Source of the DNA: Thermoproteota archaeon
Lineage (GTDB): Archaea > Korarchaeota > Korarchaeia > Korarchaeales > JAOZGB01
Reading direction: 5' to 3'
Length of the DNA stretch: 64,000 nt
Assembly (NCBI GenBank): GCA_037917685.1
Contig: JAVCBU010000006.1
Location: 320,001 to 384,000, forward strand
The number at the start of each line of letters is the position of its first letter. Position 1 is the stretch's first letter. Shown piece after piece: positions 37,370-47,562 of the stretch. The notes beneath the pieces were generated by a model. The model searched no databases, was not told the origin of the DNA, and was given only the letters and a program-made list of their open reading frames with translations. Position numbers and translations under genes: made by a program.

Positions 37370-37895
37370 TAGTTTCCCTCAGGACACCCTGAACCCAGGC
37401 AGAAATTAAATCCTTTAATTTATAAAGCAATACAGCCTCCTCATCAGTAACATTTAGGCTGTCAATGTTAACATCCCCAGGTATCATAGCAAGCCTTACA
37501 ATCTTTTGAAGCCTCAAAAAAACTAATTCTTCCAAATCTCTCTTAACCTTCTTCTTCTCCTCATCTGTAAGATTTCTCGAGAGAAGTTTAACCTCCAGGT
37601 AAAAGTTCTTCGAGAGAGGGTTCAATTTTGTCCTTCCGCTGAATCTTTCCCCATCAACGTAGCTACCGAGCATTTTAAGCTCTGCCTCAGTAAGATTATA
37701 CTCGTAAACAGCCTTCCCATCGTCGACAAGCTTAAAAGCCAGCCAAAGGGGTAGAGTTACCACATCTCCCTCTCCGTACTGCTCATTGAAGATTCCACTA
37801 ACATACTTGGCCCCCTCCTCTGTCAGTCTGACCTTTACAGGTCTGAAATCTCCAAGTAAAAGCTTTAACACCTGCAACCTAAAACTATTGATCAT
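37338..37895 (-). CDS. GINS subunit (Gins23/Psf2-Psf3 type)
   Basis: GDVVTLPLWLA B-domain first, then L..NFY and RLQKIVRLA; overlaps the mcm start. Confidence 0.8.
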   Translation of the reverse strand: MINSFRLQVLKLLLGDFRPVKVRLTEEGAKYVSGIFNEQYGEGDVVTLPLWLAFKLVDDGKAVYEYNLTEAELKMLGSYVDGERFSGRTKLNPLSKNFYLEVKLLSRNLTDEEKKKVKRDLEELVFLRLQKIVRLAMIPGDVNIDSLNVTDEEAVLLYKLKDLISAWVQGVLRETIGERAQTNIK

Positions 37896-38010
37896 GTGGC
37901 TAATAAAACTTTTTACGTCAACAATTACGATGAAGTTTTACGTGAGCATTAGCGCGCGCTTTACAGCTATCATCCTTTAGAATTTAATATTGGCTGTAGA
38001 TTAGTATAGC

Positions 38011-38325
38011 CTACCGTTGGATGTTTTGCTGGGCGTTGAACTTACGGAGTTTAAAGATTTGGTAAGGAATATTTGCCAGCAAAGCGAAAAAGAAAAATAG
38101 ACCGATGGGGTTCATTTCTAAAGCCTCTCTTATTCTAAGATGTCCTGTAAGGACAAAGCTTCTTGTAGACCCACAGAGTGGGCAGGGCTTACCTGTGATT
38201 GTTCTATAAGGACATGTTATTACTGTTATGGGAAGCTCTCCGTTATCACTGATCGGCATAAATACCCCAAAGAGTACTCCAACGAGGGAAAAAATAAGGG
38301 AGAGAGTTCTCTCCTCGTGCACCAT
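38011..38325 (-). CDS. DUF2752-like membrane protein
   Basis: CPYRTITGKPCPLCGSTRS...NP motif. Confidence 0.85.
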   Translation of the reverse strand: MVHEERTLSLIFSLVGVLFGVFMPISDNGELPITVITCPYRTITGKPCPLCGSTRSFVLTGHLRIREALEMNPIGLFFFFALLANIPYQIFKLRKFNAQQNIQR

Positions 38326-38326
38326 T

Positions 38327-39250
38327 CTAGACCACTACGGTCTTCCTCTTATCGTAGTATATCATCGTTAGAACTACTGCAAGGTATGTCAGGAATAGTG
38401 CACCTATAAGGGATGAGACAACCGTCGACACAACTGGTATGATGACAATCCCCGTGAACATGAAAGCCACGATGAAGTATGCTACGAGTGGGAGGAAGAT
38501 GGCCGCGAATATCGTGAGGAAGTTATTTTTCCCAATGTTAAAACTCACACTTAGAGCTTCGATTGCATCGTGGTCGTCAATCATTATAGCCTGGGTGGTC
38601 AACGCCAGTAGAACAAATAGTATAATCCCTGGTATGACACACAGCAAAAGGCCGATGGTCACTGCAACTGCTACAACGATTCCTGCAATTACCAGGGGAA
38701 CTATCTTCCCCAGCGCCTCGGAAAACGTTAAGCTAAGGTCGATAGGCCGGCCCTGCAATCCGTGTGATACCATTGCTACCGTCCATCCTTCAAGTATCCT
38801 GTATATCAGGAATACTAGGAAAGTGTACAGTATTATGGCTGAACCTATAAAGCCGAACCCTCCTAAACCATACTGTGGTGGAGCCGGTCCAGGTCTAGGC
38901 CAGCCTGTGAGGGTCGCTCCTAAGATGGCTAGAGATATGATCGATGTTAAGATTGCAGCCGCTATGAAGGGTACGAAAACTATGTAGTTGGCGGTGCAAA
39001 AGCGGAAAGCATCACTTAGAATATCAAATACACCCCTCTCCGGCTGTGCATACACTGTTGGAGGTGGTGCGTGAGGCGGCGTGGGCGGCGGGGCTGGTGT
39101 AGGAGCTGGCGCGCCTGCCCTCTGTATCTCTGCAAGTTGAGCTTCATACTTTGCTTTTAGCTCTCTATACGTTTCAGATGATATTTTGCCTTCAATATAC
39201 GATTCCTCAAGTTTCCTTATAAGTTCCTTTAACCTTTCTTCCTCGGACAT
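38327..39250 (-). CDS. multi-pass membrane protein with N-terminal SHOCT-like motif and Pro-rich linker
   Basis: LEESYIEGKISSETY, PAPTPAPPPTPP, about 6 TM helices, CVIPGI. Confidence 0.78.
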   Translation of the reverse strand: MSEEERLKELIRKLEESYIEGKISSETYRELKAKYEAQLAEIQRAGAPAPTPAPPPTPPHAPPPTVYAQPERGVFDILSDAFRFCTANYIVFVPFIAAAILTSIISLAILGATLTGWPRPGPAPPQYGLGGFGFIGSAIILYTFLVFLIYRILEGWTVAMVSHGLQGRPIDLSLTFSEALGKIVPLVIAGIVVAVAVTIGLLLCVIPGIILFVLLALTTQAIMIDDHDAIEALSVSFNIGKNNFLTIFAAIFLPLVAYFIVAFMFTGIVIIPVVSTVVSSLIGALFLTYLAVVLTMIYYDKRKTVVV

Positions 39251-39314
39251 CGTATCTCATAATCTACCGAAATGGTACACTTTTAAAAATACTGTATCTA
39301 TGGTTCAATTATCT

Positions 39315-39584
39315 ATGAAGATAGATGAGATATTCTCAAGCAAGGGGAGAGTAACCATACTTGTCAAGTTAGCGATCAACGGCGAACTATACATTTCAGA
39401 GCTTGCGCGACACTCGAAAATAAGTGTAGAATCTGTCAGGTCGCACCTTAAAAAACTTAAGGGCCTCAAAATTGTTAGCTACAAGGTTGTGGGAAACAAA
39501 AAAGTTTACATGTTAAACAAGCAAAACCCGTATGCTAGAGAAATAGAGGACTTCATCCTCAAATGGTATAGAAGGAAAAATTGA
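39315..39584 (+). CDS. ArsR-like winged-helix regulator
   Basis: IFSSKGRVTIL...ELYISELAR...HLKKL..LKIV; ATG at 39315 preferred. Confidence 0.8.
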   Translation: MKIDEIFSSKGRVTILVKLAINGELYISELARHSKISVESVRSHLKKLKGLKIVSYKVVGNKKVYMLNKQNPYAREIEDFILKWYRRKN

Positions 39585-39616
39585 TAACTTCCAAATAGTA
39601 TAACTAAACGGTAACG

Positions 39617-40267
39617 ATGATAGAATTTAAAGGAATAAAAATATACTGGCTTGGACACGCAGGCTTCAAGATTAAAAACAATCTGACAATATACACAGAT
39701 CCCTACATGATACAACCAGGCGAGACAGGAGACCTAATCCTTATAACCCATGATCACTTCGATCACCTCTCTATAGAAGACATTTCAAAAGTATCCGGCG
39801 AAGAAACAATCATCGTTGCGCCCAAACACTGTGAAAGCAAGCTTTCTGGAAAATTTCAGTCTAGAATAGTAAGCCCTGGGGATACATTAGAGGTTAAGGG
39901 AGTGAAAATAAAAGCTGTTCCGGCCTATAATGTTAACCCCGACAGGCTCGGGTTTCACCCACGTGGGAAAGGATATGTAGGCTACATCATAGGGCTAGAC
40001 GGGGTAAAAATATACCATGCCGGGGACACCGATTTCATACCTGAAATGAAGAGCATAAACGTTGACGTTGCCCTCCTACCAGTAAGTGGAACCTACGTTA
40101 TGGACTACAAGGAGGCCGCAGAAGCCGCAATGGCAATCAAACCTGAACTTGCTATTCCAATGCACTACGGAGCAATAGTAGGCGGGCTGGGAGACGCTGA
40201 AAAGTTTAAAGAGACCGTGATAAAGAAGGGTATAAGAGTTGAAATCCTAGAGAAGGAGAAACCTTGA
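39617..40267 (+). CDS. MBL-fold metallo-hydrolase (UPF0173-like)
   Basis: WLGHAGF, THDHFDH, YHAGDT, IPMHYG. Confidence 0.9.
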   Translation: MIEFKGIKIYWLGHAGFKIKNNLTIYTDPYMIQPGETGDLILITHDHFDHLSIEDISKVSGEETIIVAPKHCESKLSGKFQSRIVSPGDTLEVKGVKIKAVPAYNVNPDRLGFHPRGKGYVGYIIGLDGVKIYHAGDTDFIPEMKSINVDVALLPVSGTYVMDYKEAAEAAMAIKPELAIPMHYGAIVGGLGDAEKFKETVIKKGIRVEILEKEKP

Positions 40268-41418
40268 AGCTTGCAGTAGTAGGAGCCGGTAATATAGGAT
40301 TTAAGCTAGCGGAAGCCGCAAGTGAGTCGGGAAAACTTGAAGTAACAGTTATAGATAAAGACGAGGGGAGACTAAAGCTCATAAAGGAAAAGCTAGGAGT
40401 TGAAACAGTTCAGCTTGACATACTCAGAAACACACCAGTGGTAGAGGCCGCCCTAAAAGGCTTCGATATCGTATGCAGCCTACTTCCCGGCGTAATAGGG
40501 GATAGGATCTGGGCTCCAGCAATAAATGCTAGAGCCAATTTAGTAGACGTTTCATTTACAAACGCCAACCCTCTCAAACTACATAAATTGGCTTTGGAGA
40601 AGAACGTAATCTTTATACCCGATTCTGGAATAGCCCCTGGCCTCAGCAATATAATCGCAGGCAGAATATACTCGTCGGATAAGCCCCGCAGGATAAAAAT
40701 TATGGTGGGAGGCATGTCCGCAGAGTACGTGAGCCCTTTAGGGCTCTCCGCGACATGGAACATCCACGATCTTATAGAGGAATACCTAAGACCAGCTAGA
40801 CTTTTGAGAAACGGTAGATTAGTTTCTGTAAACCCGTTAGACGAGATATACCTGGTTAACATTCCAGGGATAGGAGTACTTGAGGCATTCCCAACAGATG
40901 GTTTAAGGACGATGCTTAACACGTTAACAGGCCTAGAGGAACTCGTAGAATTAACCCTCCGCTACAGGGGGCATTGTGAAAAAATGAGGTTTCTTCGAGA
41001 TATAGGATTACTGTCCAATAGAGAGATTAAAGTGGGAGGTAGACATGTGAATTCAGCCTCAGTCCTAGCAGAGCTCCTAAGACTAAGCCTGCCCACCGTT
41101 AAGGATAAACTAATTATGGTAGTCCAAGCGGAAAACCATGTTAAAAGAACATTTAAGCTTGTGCATCATGGACTACGTGGGTCAGCAATGGCTGAAGCTA
41201 CAGCTTATACAGCCATGTCTGTTATTGAGGCTATAGCCGCTGGAATCGTAGATCTAAAAGGCGTAGTCCCACCCGAAGTCCTAGGTTTTAAGCAGGAGAC
41301 CTATAACTATATAATTAGGAGGCTCTCCACCAGAGGCGTAAAGGTAGAGGAGGTGGAACCTATTGATGTGCGTCTTTCTACTAGGAACCGCAGGGTCGGG
41401 GAAGTCAACAACTGTTAG
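40264..41418 (+). CDS. saccharopine/lysine dehydrogenase family protein
   Basis: GAGNIG, GIAPGLSN, LIEEY, TDGLRT, TLRYRGH. Confidence 0.88.
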   Translation: MKLAVVGAGNIGFKLAEAASESGKLEVTVIDKDEGRLKLIKEKLGVETVQLDILRNTPVVEAALKGFDIVCSLLPGVIGDRIWAPAINARANLVDVSFTNANPLKLHKLALEKNVIFIPDSGIAPGLSNIIAGRIYSSDKPRRIKIMVGGMSAEYVSPLGLSATWNIHDLIEEYLRPARLLRNGRLVSVNPLDEIYLVNIPGIGVLEAFPTDGLRTMLNTLTGLEELVELTLRYRGHCEKMRFLRDIGLLSNREIKVGGRHVNSASVLAELLRLSLPTVKDKLIMVVQAENHVKRTFKLVHHGLRGSAMAEATAYTAMSVIEAIAAGIVDLKGVVPPEVLGFKQETYNYIIRRLSTRGVKVEEVEPIDVRLSTRNRRVGEVNNC

Positions 41419-42118
41419 AGCCCTAGCCAGATACCTCGATGAGGAAGGATTTAGTTACGCCGCTGTAAACCTTGATCCCGGCGCCGAGTATCTCCCATAT
41501 AAACCCGGATATGACGTGAGAAGAAAAGTAACTGTAAGGAAGCTTATGCTTGAGAGGGGCCTCGGACCTAATAGTGCGCAGATAGAGGCCCTAAAGATAG
41601 TCTCAGACATGATATGGAGCTTCATGCCTAAAGACGAGGTGGAATACTGTTTAATAGATACTCCGGGTCAGCTTGAGATATTTGCATTCACAAGCATAGG
41701 CCCAGCTGTAACATCAGCTATAGCAGAGCATCATAGATCCGTAGCCCTATTCCTTGTAGATGCAACCCAAACAGAATCCCTAGCGGAGATGGTTTTTATG
41801 ATATCAATGGCTAAAGCAGTCGAGCTTAGGCTCGGTATTCCATCCATCCCTGTAGTAAACAAGTCGGATCTACTGAGTGATGAAGATAAAAGAAAGATAG
41901 AAATCCTACTGTCGTTCGAAACAGAAAAACTTGAGAAGCTGATAACCGAAGAAACAGCTGGGATTATAGCTGACATAGCGGTAGGCATAGCCGGAGTACT
42001 ATCCCAGTATAGGCTGGCGGCGAGGATAGTATCAATTTCAGCCTTGAACAACACGGGGATAGCCGAAGTTTTTGATCTCATAAATGAGACAGCGTGTGTA
42101 TGCGGCGATCTAACGTAA
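41363..42118 (+). CDS. GPN-loop GTPase
   Basis: GTAGSGKS, VNLDPG, GLGPN, DTPGQLE, NKSD. Confidence 0.92.
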   Translation: MMCVFLLGTAGSGKSTTVRALARYLDEEGFSYAAVNLDPGAEYLPYKPGYDVRRKVTVRKLMLERGLGPNSAQIEALKIVSDMIWSFMPKDEVEYCLIDTPGQLEIFAFTSIGPAVTSAIAEHHRSVALFLVDATQTESLAEMVFMISMAKAVELRLGIPSIPVVNKSDLLSDEDKRKIEILLSFETEKLEKLITEETAGIIADIAVGIAGVLSQYRLAARIVSISALNNTGIAEVFDLINETACVCGDLT

Positions 42119-42971
42119 AATAGACTTTTCCGACTGTTACTGGCTTGTTCAAAACATCAATCATCTTATTCCGCAGTATGTCGATCCCTATATCACTAAA
42201 GGTTACATTTATGATTTTATACCCGATATCCGGCCTGCTAGAATAGTTTAAGACTGCTATGCAGTAGCATATAGGCGTAGCCTCCCAGGAAAATCCTTCA
42301 GATTCGAAAACATAATCATATGACATGTTTAAGAATCCTAAATTAGCATTGTATGGTAGTTCAAATATCTCAAACCCGTATCTTAAAGCGAGAGACTTAT
42401 AAGTTATTCCGCAATCCGCCTCATCCCTATCAAGTTTATAGAATACCTCCATGACGCTGTTGCACTCCACAACCTTACCTAGATACTCGAAGCTTTTGTT
42501 AAATGCAAGCATTAAGAAAGCTTTAGTCCTAAGCCCCAGGATGCTACACTCCCCGGTTACAGCTGCAACCCTCGCCTCACTGAGAATTTCGATGCCTTTT
42601 CCCTTTATATCTCTCGAAACCCAGCTGGTGTTCTTATAGCATATTACTAGGCTGTCGCTGGCGAAAATAGTATAATTCCAGATAAGATTTTCTGACAGAA
42701 GCTGATCCATAACGAATCTGTCATCAAACACTATGAGATCTGGTCTTTCAAATCTAATCCTCTCCGGAAGATCGCAAATGTCAACATTCAGAATTACTAC
42801 CTTGTAGGAAGGACATAACTTAAGAAAATATCCTGTTATAAGCTCGTATGGCTCGATTAACGACTCACAGCATAATAATTTGACTGTGTAGCGTCTGTCT
42901 CTCCCCACATATACTCCTGTAAGGCTTGACACTAGGATCAGCAGGGCTATTATAATTATGTCCCTCTCCAA
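42078..42971 (-). CDS. divergent WtpA/ModA-like molybdate/tungstate-binding protein
   Basis: N-terminal anchor, FASDSLVICY, LGLRT, YKSLA, ELPYNANLG, PICY; lies in the Moco cluster. Confidence 0.65.
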   Translation of the reverse strand: MERDIIIIALLILVSSLTGVYVGRDRRYTVKLLCCESLIEPYELITGYFLKLCPSYKVVILNVDICDLPERIRFERPDLIVFDDRFVMDQLLSENLIWNYTIFASDSLVICYKNTSWVSRDIKGKGIEILSEARVAAVTGECSILGLRTKAFLMLAFNKSFEYLGKVVECNSVMEVFYKLDRDEADCGITYKSLALRYGFEIFELPYNANLGFLNMSYDYVFESEGFSWEATPICYCIAVLNYSSRPDIGYKIINVTFSDIGIDILRNKMIDVLNKPVTVGKVYFTLDRRIHTLSHL

Positions 42972-42973
42972 CT

Positions 42974-43900
42974 TTAACCCTTGTAAAATGGTTCTCTTAC
43001 GCTGACAGCCTTTAAAAACACCTTTCTAATTTCAGCCTTTGGATTATCAGATTCGAAAGCGTGCATAAAATCTAAGTGGTTATCAGTCCTCATCAAGCAA
43101 GGTTTAAATTTACCATCCGATGTAACCCTCATCCTGTCACACTTCAGGCAGAATAAGCTATTATGTACTGGTGCTACTATCTCAACTATACCACCATCGT
43201 CAAGATAGTACTGCTTTCTACCATGAAGGCTCCTTTCCAAAATTTTAGCCGCTCTCTCGGCAAAGAACTTTTCAAAGTCATTTAAGCCCCTATGATACCT
43301 TGTATAGGATGATGTGCCCCCCACAGGTTCAAGTTCGATTAGCTGCAGCATAGCTGATGTACTTCTTGCGAATTCCAAGAGATTAAATACCTCATCTTCA
43401 TTAACGTCTTTGAGTAGAACCATATTTATCTTAATAGGTTTTAAACCCGCGTTCCTGGCCGCTTCGATTCCAGCGATGACCTTTGAGGGATCATAGTTTG
43501 AGCCAGTGATAAACCGATACCGTTCGGATCTAAGTGATGGGAGACTAACGTTAACCCTCTTAAGTCCGGCTTCAGCAAGCCTATAAGCATACGTCTCAAG
43601 GAGTATCCCATTTGTCGTTAGTGAAACCTCCTCTATTTCCTCAACGCTTGAGATCCCCCTAACTATTTCTACGACGTCTTTTCTAACCAGGGGTTCGCCT
43701 CCTGTAATTTTTACCTTAGATATTCCAAGTTCTGACAGAGTTTCCGTCAGAATCCTGATTTGTCTTGGCGTTAAATCATCCGTGGATGAGGGAATCCCCT
43801 CCTTATGGCAGTAAATACATGAAAGGTTACATTTCTTTGTGATCGAGATTCTAAGCCTCCTAACAGGTCTCCCATACTTGTCTCTGACAGGAAGTTTCAC
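42974..43900 (-). CDS. moaA: GTP 3',8-cyclase
   Basis: DKYGRP, CNLSCIYC, TGGEP, TTNG, FCLKCDRMRVTSDG..KPCL. Confidence 0.95.
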   Translation of the reverse strand: MKLPVRDKYGRPVRRLRISITKKCNLSCIYCHKEGIPSSTDDLTPRQIRILTETLSELGISKVKITGGEPLVRKDVVEIVRGISSVEEIEEVSLTTNGILLETYAYRLAEAGLKRVNVSLPSLRSERYRFITGSNYDPSKVIAGIEAARNAGLKPIKINMVLLKDVNEDEVFNLLEFARSTSAMLQLIELEPVGGTSSYTRYHRGLNDFEKFFAERAAKILERSLHGRKQYYLDDGGIVEIVAPVHNSLFCLKCDRMRVTSDGKFKPCLMRTDNHLDFMHAFESDNPKAEIRKVFLKAVSVREPFYKG

Positions 43901-43903
43901 AGA

Positions 43904-44422
43904 TTACTCCCTCCTTATCTCCCTAATCGCGTGCGGTGATGCCGGGATAATGAGGCTTCTAAGAGCGAGGAGAGCTCCCTCAGGCGAGCCTGGTATGCAA
44001 TAAATTATTGATTCTCCTATTATACCGGCGACGGCTTTACTCAGAATTGCTGATGCACCGATTTCTCTGTAGCTAAGCCATCTGAAAATCTCTCCAAACC
44101 CGTCTATTATCCTACTGAAGAGAGGCTTCAAGGTTTCTGTGGTTATATCGGTCTTGCTAAGCCCGGTCCCCCCGCTAAATATCACTACGTCAGCATCGGC
44201 CGCAAGGCACTTTTTCAAAGCATTAATTATCTCTTCCCTCTTATCTCCAACTATCATCTTAAGGTAAACCTTATGGCCGCTTTTCACTATCTCGCTTTTA
44301 AGCAGCTCCCCGGTAACATCCTCCACACCCCCCTTAGAACGGGATGTACTCACGATTACGATGGCGAAGTTCAGAGTTTTGGGTGCTGAACTCATGTGAA
44401 GCTCATGAGTTTTCATTCTCAC
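43904..44422 (-). CDS. moaB: molybdopterin adenylyltransferase MoaB/MogA
   Basis: SGGTG...DIT, GFGEIFR, IPGSP. Confidence 0.92.
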   Translation of the reverse strand: MRMKTHELHMSSAPKTLNFAIVIVSTSRSKGGVEDVTGELLKSEIVKSGHKVYLKMIVGDKREEIINALKKCLAADADVVIFSGGTGLSKTDITTETLKPLFSRIIDGFGEIFRWLSYREIGASAILSKAVAGIIGESIIYCIPGSPEGALLALRSLIIPASPHAIREIRRE

Positions 44423-44428
44423 CAGCCC

Positions 44429-46303
44429 CTATATAGGTTCTACTCCTGGCAACCTTTTTAGGAAGCTTCTAAATCTATTACCATTCAGAATTCTAATAAA
44501 CCTTTTAACCAGGTCAACATTAAGAAACTGATCGCTGGTGTAGAATTCGTACACGTCCCACATGAGTAAGTTAAAACTCAGATTAAAGCCTACAGCTGTA
44601 GATTCAAGACCGAAAACCACGTCAACATCCCCCGACATCAATGCCCTCAAAGCTGAAGAAGGGGTTCGGTAAACCCTAATCTTAAAGGCTGATTCCTCAA
44701 TTCCTATTTCCCCTGCTTTTCTCAATAGCATGTCATGAAGATACCGCCCCCCTCCACCGATACCAATGGTTAAGCCCTTAAGCCCTTCAAATCTTAGTTT
44801 AACCTCCTTCTTGGAAATCAAGCCGATCCTTCTTCTAAACCCTCCAACCTTAACACCAGCATACCATGCAGGCTCCCCATCTGCATGTGGATATCCTGCT
44901 ATATGAAGCCCCCCCGCCTCTAATACCTCAATAGATTCTACTCTCCCCATTCTAAGGAGTCTCGCCGGGACTCCAGAATCATATAAGAACCGGGCTATCG
45001 CCTCAATGGTTGGGCACCATGGTCCACCCATAGTTAAACCATTAAATAAGCCGCCAAACGGGGTGAACCTGACAGTTTCACCCTTCTCAACATACTCGGT
45101 CATTTCAGGGATCTCAATATACCCATCTGAGAGAGACAGGAGGCTTATGGTTCCACTGCCTCCGGGTATGGGCGTTACAATACTCTTCCCCATCGGAGAT
45201 TTTACAAGAGCCACTGGTACTATGTGTCTTCTCCCCTTTGCAGCATAAACTCTCCTTGAAAGTACCGCGTCAAAAGATCTATACTTTCCACGCTTTATCC
45301 CGGTCAATACCGACAGGAATGGAGCTACGAATCTAAGGAAAGAGATAAGGCATGAAACCGGGTATCCCGGAAGGCCAAATACAGGCTTTCCCATTACAAC
45401 TCCGAACATAAATGGCTTACCGGGTTTAGCTGCCACCCCATGTATAAGTATCTTCCCACCCAAAAGCTCGACAGCCTTATAAACCATGTCCCCAGGCCCC
45501 GCGCTGCTACTACCAGAGACTAAAACCACGTCGGTACTTCTTAGAGCCTCCACGAGTGCTTCCTTGATGTTTTCAAGCCTGTCGGGGACGACGCCGTAGG
45601 TTAAAGGCTTGCATCCGTGCTCTGTTAACATTGAGGCAATCGTGTAGGTGTTAACGTCGTAAACTTCCCCAACATGTAAGGTCTCTCCTGGAGGCTTTAG
45701 CTCTTTCCCTGTAGATATTACTCCTACAAGAGGCTTTCTATAAACCTTAACTTTTCCATAGCCGGAGGCTGCGAGCAGAGCAATGTCAGAGATTCCCAAA
45801 ACCTTGCCCTTTGGAACTATAAGGCTTCCTTTGGAGATGTCTGAGCCTGAGGGATATATATTCTCCCCCGGATTTACAGGCTTCTTAACCAAGACCTTTG
45901 AGCCAGCCCTAAAGGTGTGCTCCACCATAACTACAGAGTCAGCTCCCGGGGGAATCGCTGATCCCGTTGCCACTACTACTGCTGTTCCAGGTTTAACACT
46001 AATAGTGGGTTTTTCTCCGGGTAGAATTTCACCAATTACAGTAAGACTCACAGGGTTTAGGTCTGATGCACCATATGTATCCGCAGATATAACGGCGTAC
46101 CCGTCAAAAGCAGCCCTGTCGAATCCTGGGATATCTATCTGAGAGTAGTAGTTTTCTGCTATCCTCCTTCCATTAGCCAGTTTAATATCAACATCCTCTA
46201 TACCCGGCTGAAGGCTTTCTGCATGGCTGAGTATGATTTTCAGAGCGTCTTCAATACTCATAAGTCTTCTAAAGACTTTACCTGAGGCCGAGGAACTCGT
46301 CAA
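44429..46303 (-). CDS. moeA: molybdopterin molybdotransferase MoeA fused to a PBP-like domain
   Basis: FDRAAFDGYA, VMVE, STGKEL, SGSSSAG, KPGKP plus about 210-aa C-terminal extension. Confidence 0.9.
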   Translation of the reverse strand: MTSSSASGKVFRRLMSIEDALKIILSHAESLQPGIEDVDIKLANGRRIAENYYSQIDIPGFDRAAFDGYAVISADTYGASDLNPVSLTVIGEILPGEKPTISVKPGTAVVVATGSAIPPGADSVVMVEHTFRAGSKVLVKKPVNPGENIYPSGSDISKGSLIVPKGKVLGISDIALLAASGYGKVKVYRKPLVGVISTGKELKPPGETLHVGEVYDVNTYTIASMLTEHGCKPLTYGVVPDRLENIKEALVEALRSTDVVLVSGSSSAGPGDMVYKAVELLGGKILIHGVAAKPGKPFMFGVVMGKPVFGLPGYPVSCLISFLRFVAPFLSVLTGIKRGKYRSFDAVLSRRVYAAKGRRHIVPVALVKSPMGKSIVTPIPGGSGTISLLSLSDGYIEIPEMTEYVEKGETVRFTPFGGLFNGLTMGGPWCPTIEAIARFLYDSGVPARLLRMGRVESIEVLEAGGLHIAGYPHADGEPAWYAGVKVGGFRRRIGLISKKEVKLRFEGLKGLTIGIGGGGRYLHDMLLRKAGEIGIEESAFKIRVYRTPSSALRALMSGDVDVVFGLESTAVGFNLSFNLLMWDVYEFYTSDQFLNVDLVKRFIRILNGNRFRSFLKRLPGVEPI

Positions 46304-47501
46304 TAGGTATCACCTCAACTATCTCCCCCTCAGCATATCCTTCTACGTCAGTTTCAACAATCAATACCCCATCAGCTGCTGAAACTGATGTTAGCATGTC
46401 TGACCCTGCTACAGTTATCGGGTAGGCGTCTCCACCTCTTATTTTGACTCTAACATAGCATCTCACTCCGGGCTCGCATGCTACGGGCTCAGCAAGCGTA
46501 ACTCTAAGCCTATATTTCGGCCATTTATCTCTAATCCCAAGCATACTGTATAATACCGGTATAACAAACTGGCTAAAACACATAAGTGTCGATACCGGGA
46601 AGCCCGGAAGCCCCAGATGAAGCCTCCGACCTATAATTCCGGCTAGGAGGGGCTTGCCTGGCTTTTGAGAAACACCGTGAACAACTACCCTTCCTGTTTT
46701 CTCCACAGCCTGTCTTACAAGATCCTGTTCGCCAACGGAAGTCCCGCTAAACGAGATGGAAAGGTCGTATCCATCCCTTGCTATAATCTCAGCTATTTCG
46801 TCGACGTCGTCGGGGGCTATACCAAAATCATCTACAACCCCATACCTAGACAGTATTCTTCCTACGATCCTTCTGTTGGTTTCGACGGTATAGCCTGGTT
46901 CTAAATCGCTGACAGAGTCGACTAGTTCATCTCCGATGGAGAATATAAGTATCCTAGGCTTTCTTCTAACCCTTACTGAATCAACTCCTGCCTGTAGCAT
47001 AAGGCCGTATTCGACAGGTGATATAAATTTTCCCCTCTCGATAACAGTTTCCCCTACTCTCAAAACTCTTCCTCTTCTCGATATATTTTTACCAGGCGGA
47101 GACTGCGTATATACGATGAGTTCCCCGTCCCTCTCATCAGCATACTCCACCATCACCACGGTGTCTGCCCCCCCAGGGATGACTGCTCCTGTAGCTATTT
47201 TAACAGCCTCCCCCCTCGAGATCGCTCCGTTAAACGGCTTCCCAGCCGTCGAAAAGCCGATTATTTTAAGTTTTACTGGTGAATCGTAGCTTGCCGACAT
47301 AATATCGTCTGATCTAACTGCGTATCCATCGACAGCAGATATATCCCATGGTGGTATGTCAATCCTCGACTGTACATCTTCAGCCGTCACCATCCCAAGA
47401 GACTCCTCTACGCTAACAGTCTCATCGTCTAAAAGACTGACATGCTGTAGAACCTTACTTAGAGCTACATCGTATCTCTCAAGCTTTTTGAAAGGCTTCA
47501 C
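46278..47501 (-). CDS. moeA: molybdopterin molybdotransferase MoeA
   Basis: SAVDGYA, ATGAVIP, GDEL, GTSVG, KPGKP, LPGFP. Confidence 0.92.
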   Translation of the reverse strand: MKPFKKLERYDVALSKVLQHVSLLDDETVSVEESLGMVTAEDVQSRIDIPPWDISAVDGYAVRSDDIMSASYDSPVKLKIIGFSTAGKPFNGAISRGEAVKIATGAVIPGGADTVVMVEYADERDGELIVYTQSPPGKNISRRGRVLRVGETVIERGKFISPVEYGLMLQAGVDSVRVRRKPRILIFSIGDELVDSVSDLEPGYTVETNRRIVGRILSRYGVVDDFGIAPDDVDEIAEIIARDGYDLSISFSGTSVGEQDLVRQAVEKTGRVVVHGVSQKPGKPLLAGIIGRRLHLGLPGFPVSTLMCFSQFVIPVLYSMLGIRDKWPKYRLRVTLAEPVACEPGVRCYVRVKIRGGDAYPITVAGSDMLTSVSAADGVLIVETDVEGYAEGEIVEVIPIDEFLGLR

Positions 47502-47562
47502 AAGACTCTAAAACATCTTGAAACTTTAAAACAATACTTTGACTATCCATATGTGAATTTAA

